In this document: one piece after another, positions 25,257 through 31,792 of the stretch
Layout of the letters: every line of letters starts with the position of its first letter
Numbering within the stretch: position 1 is the stretch's first letter
IMG/VR virus record: IMGVR_UViG_2822641076_000001
Location: 121,830-153,621 of that record
DNA from: a virus
Lineage: Duplodnaviria > Heunggongvirae > Uroviricota > Caudoviricetes
Length of the DNA: 31,792 nt
Direction: 5' to 3' (one strand)
Translations under genes and position numbers: made by a program
The notes under the pieces: generated by a model
The model's input: the letters and a program-made list of their open reading frames with translations, nothing else
What the model was told of the DNA's origin: nothing
Databases searched by the model: none

Positions 25257-28200
25257 TTACTTGTAGTAACCATTGATGATGATGAAACTAGAAGCACTTC
25301 TTGAGTTTTGGCAAATTAAGTCTCCACCCCAACTCACATGAACTGCACATGGAACATAATTTGCTCCACCAGTTGTATCATATGTTGCAGTAATAGCAGT
25401 CCAATAGCTAGGCTTCATGAAGTCAGGTAATTTACCAATAGCTACACCTGCATTTGTACTTCCTCCTGTAACCAACCCTCTGATATGCTTGAATCCAAAT
25501 TGGTCAATTCCATAGAATAGAGCATTTCCCTCAGGAAGTGGCTTGAATCCATTTTGATAGTTTGTGAATGCACTCCACTTGATATGACTTCCATCATCAG
25601 TAAGAGCAACTTTTTTACCGTCATAACTGAATGTTCCGTCATCTTTTAATTGCAAGTATTTACCTGATTTAGAGTTGTGTAGGTATGCATCACCTGCACC
25701 GCAACCAATAATTGCATTCTTACCATTTTGTGTAACATGTAATTGACCATCGTAAACTTCAAACTTACCGTTACTTAAAACACCATTTGGCATGTCTTTT
25801 GCGTAGTTCAAGTTAATCTTATCGTTCGCAAAACCTACTAAAGCACGTTTACCGTGAACAAGTAAATCTTGACCTCTTATAGCAAAAGCACCTGCTTCGA
25901 ACTGACCGCCATTAATTACCTTTAGGTTGTAACCACCTTCAACTTGAACAGCCTTTGTGCCATTATCAATTGCAAGATGTGTTTTCCCTTCTTTTCTATC
26001 ATAGAAACCAGTTCTATCAGCTCTGCTGAAAATACTTGTATGGTCATGGAAGTAAATATTTGGTTCTCCTCCATTGTTTAGTGAAATATTTTTACCTGCA
26101 ACAAGATTTCCTTCTACAACTGTATCTACAGCGTTGATATTAACTCTTTGCATTTGTTTGCCATTGTAACCAGTAATACGTAGATTCTTCGCTTCATCAG
26201 CAGTTGTACCGCTTTGAATGTAGTTTGAATCTCCTTCATATGGTAGGATGCGGATTTTCCCTGCTCCATTTTGTGCTATGATAGGAGTTGATTTTTCGCC
26301 TGCTACATTCACTAGAAGTTGACCAGTCATCGTGTCTCCACTTTTTGCAACTCGGTTGTTCACATCATTTACGGTTGCAATGTCTACTCCGTTCTTAGTT
26401 AGTCTAATTGGTTCGAAGTTTAATTGACCAGTATTTGGATTTAATCCAAATACATTTCTCTTATTCTTCCAATCGTATAATCCTAACCCTGTTTTATTGA
26501 AATAGAAACCTGCATCAATATCTGTTGATTGTGCAAATACTCTTCTTTCTCCTCCGTTTGTATCAAATTTCAAGTTACCTGTCATTGTATCTCCTGTTTT
26601 AGATACTTGCTTAGCGTCACCTGTATTAATAGCAGAGTTTAAAGTATCTTCATCTGCTAATCGTCTCCATGCTGACCATGAAGCTTTTGCCCATGCAGAA
26701 CGAACGAAAACTTGAGAGTTTTGGTGTGAAGTGTAACGTTGGAATAATGCTTGGTTACTTCCAGTTCGATAAACTTCTAACACACCATATGGATAACAAT
26801 TTGGTGGCGTACTAGCATGTCTAGTTCCTGTTGCATCTGTAACAAGATATAATCCTGTTTCAGTAATAGCGTGCCAATCTTGTTGTACAGTTATCGTTTG
26901 TGAAGAATCTCTCATGACATTCCATCCTTTATGGATTACATCATTTCCATCAACCGTTAGCTTACCTGCGACATTCACTCCATTTGCAAAGTCTTTGCCA
27001 TAGTTAAGTTCTAATTTATCGCCACCATTTGTAGCAAACCCAACCATTGCACGCTTATCGTGGACTAACAAGTCTTGACCACCGTTAGTTCTCCAAAAAC
27101 CCCAACCATTCGGTGTGACTGTCTTTTTCCACGGTTGCCATACTTTATTGTACATCTGACGCTCATACGTCTCTACTGTAGTAGTATTAAACCATGTAGC
27201 ACGTTGATGAACCCATCCATCCCCATGACGCATGATTTCGATGAACCACCAATTACCCGTAGCTGGAAGTGGCGCATCTTTCATTTCAGCACCCATGTAA
27301 TACCCACCTGCTTGAAGACTATTGAAGCTTTGGTTACTTACTGAAATAGGTCTTCCATCATCTTGCGTTAATTTATGTTTCTGACCAATACCTGCAACAA
27401 GTGATGAAACTTCATCTTTCATAGCAATTTCTTTACTATTAACAAGAACCCTTTTACCAACAAGATTTAAATCTCCACCAGTCTCATTGTTGATTGTCAT
27501 TAGGTCTGAACCTGCTCCTCCGAATCCCATATAAGCTCCACGTTTTGTTGGCTCTTTTGTTCTAGGGAAGAAAGATAGATATCCGTGGTCTGCTGAACCT
27601 GCTACAACTTTTGGATTAATCATATGAAGGTCATCAGTAGTATCACTTGTTTTATTTAGCTTTTTGTTTAAATCATCAGAGGTCGCAACAGCTTTACCCA
27701 TTACTGTTAGACCGTTTGAGTTTAATTTCATCATTTCACTAGTAGTTGTACTGTTTTTAGTCAACCATTTGAAATGTTCATTTCCATTGTCGCCAGTCTC
27801 AAAGGCTAAGTAGCTATCAGTATCAGCATCGCTGTCATTTTTAAAGTAAACCTTAGCATAATCTGTATTCATATTCCATGTGATACCATCTAGGGTTTTA
27901 TTGAAGTTTAAGTTACCAGTCATAGTGTCACCTGTTTTAGATACCTGTTTAGCGATATCATCGGAAGTTGCAACGTCTTTCCCGTTGATTTGCATTTTCA
28001 TAGCAACTACAGCGTCTTTGTCATCTTTACCTTGGATTTTCCACAATTTATTCTTAGCGTCATAGAATGATTGCATCTTTCCTACGCCATACGTTGTAGT
28101 GTTATAACTACCAATCTCAAAGTATCCTTTGTCACTTACAAGACCATTACCTGCTACAATCTGTCCATTTGTAGTTAATGCGCTGTGAACTTGCACACCA

Positions 28201-29027
28201 TTCTTGAAGTCACCTAAGTAGTTTATTACCAGTCTGTCATCAGCCTGAGCTACCATAGCTCTTTTATCTCTAGCTAGCAAGTCTTGACCACCATTTGTAC
28301 TCCATAATCCCCAGTCTTTATGAATCTTGTCATCTTTCACATGAGCTAAAACATTCTTCATGTCTTCATCGGTAAAATAGCCTACTGGTCTAGAGGTACT
28401 ACTTAAATTACATTCTGTAGTTCCAAAGAAATAACCTTGCAACAATGCAGAATCGTGATTTTCAACAGGAACAACTTTATTGCCTCTAGGGTCTGTAAAG
28501 TCTGTCTCTTGAACTACAGCTCGTTTACCAAATTTCAATAGATTTGTAATGTTGTATGTATACCCACCCACTAGATATACGTGAGTTAAGCCACTCTCAA
28601 GATTCGATAAGATTTTCTTAACTAATGGTTTATCTGTTGCATAAGTCTGTCTATGAATAACTTCATGGAAAGGAGCATTGCTTCCCCAACTTGTAGGCAT
28701 GGTATGCAGAGATAAAGATAAGTTCGGATTCCCTTGATTATCTTGATGAGCATTCCTTTGAATTAATACCTTTGTATAACCATCGAAAGAAACGGGGTAT
28801 GCTTTCTTCGGGTCTAGCTTTGTTAAATCAATTCTATACTGTGATGTGATTCGCTCATCTGTATATTTATTTGCATTGCCTAAAGTATCATTCCATACTT
28901 TCTTTTCCGCATCAGTTACTAATCTATTATTGCCATCTTGAATGATGTTTCCACCTTTAGTTTTAGGGTAATAAACGTCCCACCCTTGAGCTGTCTTACG
29001 TTTCATCGTAATATTTTTATCAGCCAT
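25257..29027 (-). CDS. modular side tail fibre / receptor-binding protein
   Basis: YYPKT N-terminus; repeated KTGDTMTGNL hinges; two knob-like domains ending W..W(K/R); three GQDLL..KRA.V modules; beta-rich C-terminal head. Confidence 0.88.
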   Translation of the reverse strand: MADKNITMKRKTAQGWDVYYPKTKGGNIIQDGNNRLVTDAEKKVWNDTLGNANKYTDERITSQYRIDLTKLDPKKAYPVSFDGYTKVLIQRNAHQDNQGNPNLSLSLHTMPTSWGSNAPFHEVIHRQTYATDKPLVKKILSNLESGLTHVYLVGGYTYNITNLLKFGKRAVVQETDFTDPRGNKVVPVENHDSALLQGYFFGTTECNLSSTSRPVGYFTDEDMKNVLAHVKDDKIHKDWGLWSTNGGQDLLARDKRAMVAQADDRLVINYLGDFKNGVQVHSALTTNGQIVAGNGLVSDKGYFEIGSYNTTTYGVGKMQSFYDAKNKLWKIQGKDDKDAVVAMKMQINGKDVATSDDIAKQVSKTGDTMTGNLNFNKTLDGITWNMNTDYAKVYFKNDSDADTDSYLAFETGDNGNEHFKWLTKNSTTTSEMMKLNSNGLTVMGKAVATSDDLNKKLNKTSDTTDDLHMINPKVVAGSADHGYLSFFPRTKEPTKRGAYMGFGGAGSDLMTINNETGGDLNLVGKRVLVNSKEIAMKDEVSSLVAGIGQKHKLTQDDGRPISVSNQSFNSLQAGGYYMGAEMKDAPLPATGNWWFIEIMRHGDGWVHQRATWFNTTTVETYERQMYNKVWQPWKKTVTPNGWGFWRTNGGQDLLVHDKRAMVGFATNGGDKLELNYGKDFANGVNVAGKLTVDGNDVIHKGWNVMRDSSQTITVQQDWHAITETGLYLVTDATGTRHASTPPNCYPYGVLEVYRTGSNQALFQRYTSHQNSQVFVRSAWAKASWSAWRRLADEDTLNSAINTGDAKQVSKTGDTMTGNLKFDTNGGERRVFAQSTDIDAGFYFNKTGLGLYDWKNKRNVFGLNPNTGQLNFEPIRLTKNGVDIATVNDVNNRVAKSGDTMTGQLLVNVAGEKSTPIIAQNGAGKIRILPYEGDSNYIQSGTTADEAKNLRITGYNGKQMQRVNINAVDTVVEGNLVAGKNISLNNGGEPNIYFHDHTSIFSRADRTGFYDRKEGKTHLAIDNGTKAVQVEGGYNLKVINGGQFEAGAFAIRGQDLLVHGKRALVGFANDKINLNYAKDMPNGVLSNGKFEVYDGQLHVTQNGKNAIIGCGAGDAYLHNSKSGKYLQLKDDGTFSYDGKKVALTDDGSHIKWSAFTNYQNGFKPLPEGNALFYGIDQFGFKHIRGLVTGGSTNAGVAIGKLPDFMKPSYWTAITATYDTTGGANYVPCAVHVSWGGDLICQNSRSASSFIIINGYYK

Positions 29028-29055
29028 TTTTACACCTTCCATTCCTTATTAAAAT

Positions 29056-29081
29056 AGGTGTGAAACAATTGCTTCACACCT
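29056..29081 (-). terminator. hairpin between baseplate and fibre genes
   Basis: AGGTGTGAA/TTCACACCT followed by ATTTT. Confidence 0.55.
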
Positions 29082-30361
29082 CAACCTTCATGAAACCAAA
29101 ATGTATTCAAATTATCTGTTTTCGGCTCTGTAGCGGAAACGACAATATTGAATCCTTCTTTGGCTAAATATTCTTTTTGAATATCAAGAGCATTTTCACC
29201 TTGCTTCTTAGCATAATCACCTTGACCTTTCGCATAATCAGCTTGTGTTTTAGCATTCGCTCCCTGAGCTTTTGCATAGTCACCTTGAGCCTTAGCATAA
29301 TCGCCTTGTTGCTTAGCGTAAGTCGCTTGGTCATTTGCGTTCTTAGTTGCTGTATTCGCATTATTTGTAGCAGTTACAGTTTCCAGTCTAGTCTTTTCGG
29401 TCTCCGCAATTTTGTTCGTAGCTTCAAGTACTTTGGCATTTACTTTCGTATCTACTTCTTTGACTTTCGTATCGAACTCTCCGACCTTTTTGGTTAACGT
29501 TGTGTTTACCTCAGTTATTTTTGCATTCGTTTTGTTATCGACTTCTGTGATTTTATTGTTAACCTTTGTATCCATCTCTTTAGATTTATTAGAAAAATTC
29601 GTATCAATTTCAGCGTTCTTATCAGCTTTATACTTATCTAATTCAGCCTTTTTATCTGATACATATTTTTCATACTCAGCTTTTTTAGTATTAACAAATG
29701 AATCAGATTTGGTAATCACAGCATTAGTTTTCGTGTCTACTTCGCTGATTTTATCAGTCATTTTCTTTTCGCTAGCTACTGTTCTATTTTCAACCTCTGC
29801 AATCTTATCTGCGATTTTCTTTTCACTAGCCTTAGTACGATTTTCAATATCAGTGATTTTCGCATTGGCATTGTTCGTAGTTTTAATAGACTCTTGTCTA
29901 GCACTCTCTGTTTCTGTGATTTTCTTATTCCCTCTATCTAACATTGCATAAGTCTCATCGACTAATGTTTTCAATGTATCAGTAGGCTTACCACCTTCGT
30001 ATTCAGTCCAAATACGACTCATAGGAATTAAGAAAACCCCAGTACCCATGAACTTAAATTTCAATCGCTTACCATGAGCAGATTCATGGAAATAAACTAC
30101 ACCATCACGATAATCAACACTATAATCAGTAGGATTCTTGATTTCATTCTTAGTCTTTACTTCATTCCAAAGAACATCTTTTGCATCACTAACCACAACC
30201 TTGTTCACTCTATCAGGAACTTCTTTAAGTGGCGCACGTCCATTTTGAACTACTATCATCTCTGTAATATCTAAATACGGGTCACTTGAATCACCTTTAC
30301 GCTTAATATAATGCAATGGTGAGCCTTCGGGGATATTACCCTCATGAGCAAATTTCGGCAT
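29081..30361 (-). CDS. baseplate/fibre adaptor with long coiled coil (BppU-like position)
   Basis: Globular N-terminus, 11-aa periodic K/E/T coiled coil, 7-aa AKxQGDY repeats, short C-terminal VVSATEP...FWF motif. Confidence 0.65.
   Translation of the reverse strand: MPKFAHEGNIPEGSPLHYIKRKGDSSDPYLDITEMIVVQNGRAPLKEVPDRVNKVVVSDAKDVLWNEVKTKNEIKNPTDYSVDYRDGVVYFHESAHGKRLKFKFMGTGVFLIPMSRIWTEYEGGKPTDTLKTLVDETYAMLDRGNKKITETESARQESIKTTNNANAKITDIENRTKASEKKIADKIAEVENRTVASEKKMTDKISEVDTKTNAVITKSDSFVNTKKAEYEKYVSDKKAELDKYKADKNAEIDTNFSNKSKEMDTKVNNKITEVDNKTNAKITEVNTTLTKKVGEFDTKVKEVDTKVNAKVLEATNKIAETEKTRLETVTATNNANTATKNANDQATYAKQQGDYAKAQGDYAKAQGANAKTQADYAKGQGDYAKKQGENALDIQKEYLAKEGFNIVVSATEPKTDNLNTFWFHEG
29190..29340 (-). 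repeat. 21-nt coding repeats (AKxQ(G/A)DY)
   Basis: About 7 heptads: ANDQATY AKQQGDY AKAQGDY AKAQGAN AKTQADY AKGQGDY AKKQGEN. Confidence 0.8.
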
Positions 30362-30379
30362 ACTCTCACCTTCCTTTCA

Positions 30380-31156
30380 TTAGAATCTGAATTTATTTTG
30401 ATACCTAAATCGAACCTTACAATTACCTTCGATTTCAAAATGATTGTCTCCATATAAGAGTGCAGGGACATCGCCAATCATGCTGTCATATCTATACACA
30501 CCCATACGGCTTGTTTCTATCAATTCTTTTTCACAGTTCACATAAATATCTTCTTTATCTTTGAGATTAATTAATTCAAAGATACGTCCGTGGTCACTGT
30601 GATTTATAAAAGTAACTTTTCCATCTCCGATTTTAGTAAGTGAAATTTCGGGCATTGTTGTTACGTCTCCTGTGTTACGAAGGACTACTCTAGTCTTCCC
30701 TTTGCTTTCACTTAAATCATAGACATCAGTCATGTATATCGGACTATATAAGTATGGTGAATTGCATCGCATTTTCAGCGTGACATAACCTTCTTTGAGT
30801 CCGTTGTGAGTGATGCTTGAGTCATTCACAGGCATACAGTAATAGATTTTATCAAACTCCTCTGAGAAATAGAGAGGTTGATAATAGTCTTGATATAGCC
30901 ATTGGATAACTTCTCGTATCTTCTTCTCATCGTAAGTTTCCTCAAAAGCAAATGTTAATTCGAACTCAAGTGGCTCTTCATCTACTCTGAATAGATAAGG
31001 ATTTGGATTTCCTTTTACTTTCTGCTCTACAATACTTCTGTTGGCTACGAATTGTTCCTGATACATCCCATCCGACATATTAACATTTACAATCCCAAAC
31101 TCAGAAGACCATTGTCCTGCATAATTGAAATATAGACTTTCCTTTTTAGTTGCCAT
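30380..31156 (-). CDS. distal tail protein (Dit)
   Basis: Follows the tape measure; FNYAGQWSSEFG..., PLEFELTF, VIQWL...Y.PLYF, TLKMRCNSPYLYS, NTGDV...PEI, LLYGDNHFEI. Confidence 0.85.
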   Translation of the reverse strand: MATKKESLYFNYAGQWSSEFGIVNVNMSDGMYQEQFVANRSIVEQKVKGNPNPYLFRVDEEPLEFELTFAFEETYDEKKIREVIQWLYQDYYQPLYFSEEFDKIYYCMPVNDSSITHNGLKEGYVTLKMRCNSPYLYSPIYMTDVYDLSESKGKTRVVLRNTGDVTTMPEISLTKIGDGKVTFINHSDHGRIFELINLKDKEDIYVNCEKELIETSRMGVYRYDSMIGDVPALLYGDNHFEIEGNCKVRFRYQNKFRF

Positions 31157-31210
31157 CTTTTCACCTCTGATTCATTATTTATTTCATTTGTAAAAAAGAG
31201 AAAAACAAAG

Positions 31211-31230
31211 AAGATAGGTCTCCCTATCTT
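31211..31230 (-). terminator. hairpin overlapping the tape-measure stop
   Basis: AAGATAGG-N4-CCTATCTT followed by CTTTGTTTTT on the - strand. Confidence 0.6.
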
Positions 31231-31792
31231 CCAAGTTTCTTCAATCCTCCAACTACTGTTTTCAACACTGTTTCTCCGCCTTTTTTATCTCCTGTCAACT
31301 TATCTACATACAAGTTAATCTCATATGAGCTACTAGCTCCTGCCATAGCAGGTTTAGCACCGTTGAAGCTTGATAATAATTGAGGAACTTGAGGCATGAA
31401 TTGCTTAACCTCTTTCATGATTTCAGCAGTACGTAAGATATCACCAGTTTGCTCTCTGTTAAGAACTAACTCCTTCTTATGAAGCATTGCCATCTTGCCT
31501 TCGTTACCCATCCAGTCACCAGTGTAACCACCAGTATCGAATGCTTGGATGTAGTTTTTGTGAGACCATCCTTCTGTCGTTCCTCGTGCGTTAGAGAATC
31601 TAACTTTCCACCAATCTCCGCTTTCGCCAAGGATTTGAAGGTTCGCACCCTGTAGGATTCTACGGATGATTTCTCCTTGCATACTTGGATTGTTACGAAT
31701 ATGCAGGTAACTATCGTCAGTAACCTTAACCACTCGACCTCTTGTTGGCATCGGAGGTTTTGGTGGTGGCGGTGGTGGCGGTGGGGGAGGAG
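31224..31792 (-). CDS. tape measure protein C-terminus (partial) with poly-Pro linker and SH3b domain
   Basis: Frame stays open to the window edge; PPPPPPPPPPKPPMP; LHIRNNPS..GEII..I..G....ILGESGDWWKV; FDTGGYTG.W...GKMAMLHKKELVLN is typical of TMP C-termini. Confidence 0.8.
   Translation of the reverse strand, partial: PPPPPPPPPPKPPMPTRGRVVKVTDDSYLHIRNNPSMQGEIIRRILQGANLQILGESGDWWKVRFSNARGTTEGWSHKNYIQAFDTGGYTGDWMGNEGKMAMLHKKELVLNREQTGDILRTAEIMKEVKQFMPQVPQLLSSFNGAKPAMAGASSSYEINLYVDKLTGDKKGGETVLKTVVGGLKKLGR

Noticed and set aside
25257-29027. Diversity-generating retroelement or invertible fibre switch
   Set aside because: No reverse transcriptase, no adenine-specific TR/VR pair and no invertase; the repeats are direct and within one frame
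29177-29951. + strand ORFs 29177..29497 and 29412..29951
   Set aside because: Shadows of the coiled-coil repeat gene

Overview
This is a ~32 kb segment of a large, AT-rich, siphovirus-type temperate phage or plasmid-prophage genome, most likely from the Bacillus cereus group (inferred from the Rap/Phr and WXG100 types). It has three parts. (1) 1-7380, + strand: early/middle genes, including small hypotheticals, YqeY, a SLOG/DUF2493 protein, an HD hydrolase, a guanylate kinase, RusA, an RNA ligase and a tandem-HTH protein. (2) ~7400-13950: an accessory island at the point where transcription converges. It holds an unannotated type I toxin-antitoxin locus, two more predicted sRNAs (one under two LexA boxes), a WXG100/PT-TG/REase toxin with its immunity gene, and a divergent tandem-RHH/GNAT pair. 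It also holds a dif-like Xer site (22/28 identical to B. subtilis dif), a Rap-Phr-SinR-like cassette and a GTCTATAA repeat array. (3) 13959-31792, - strand: the tail and lysis operon, in transcription order tape-measure C-terminus, Dit, baseplate/adaptor, modular side fibre, chaperone pair, 2245-aa Tal/spike, holin, amidase, a 20-aa-repeat protein and an LL-H holin. No integrase, tRNA, CRISPR array or reverse transcriptase was seen. All family calls come from motifs read by eye and have not been checked against a database.
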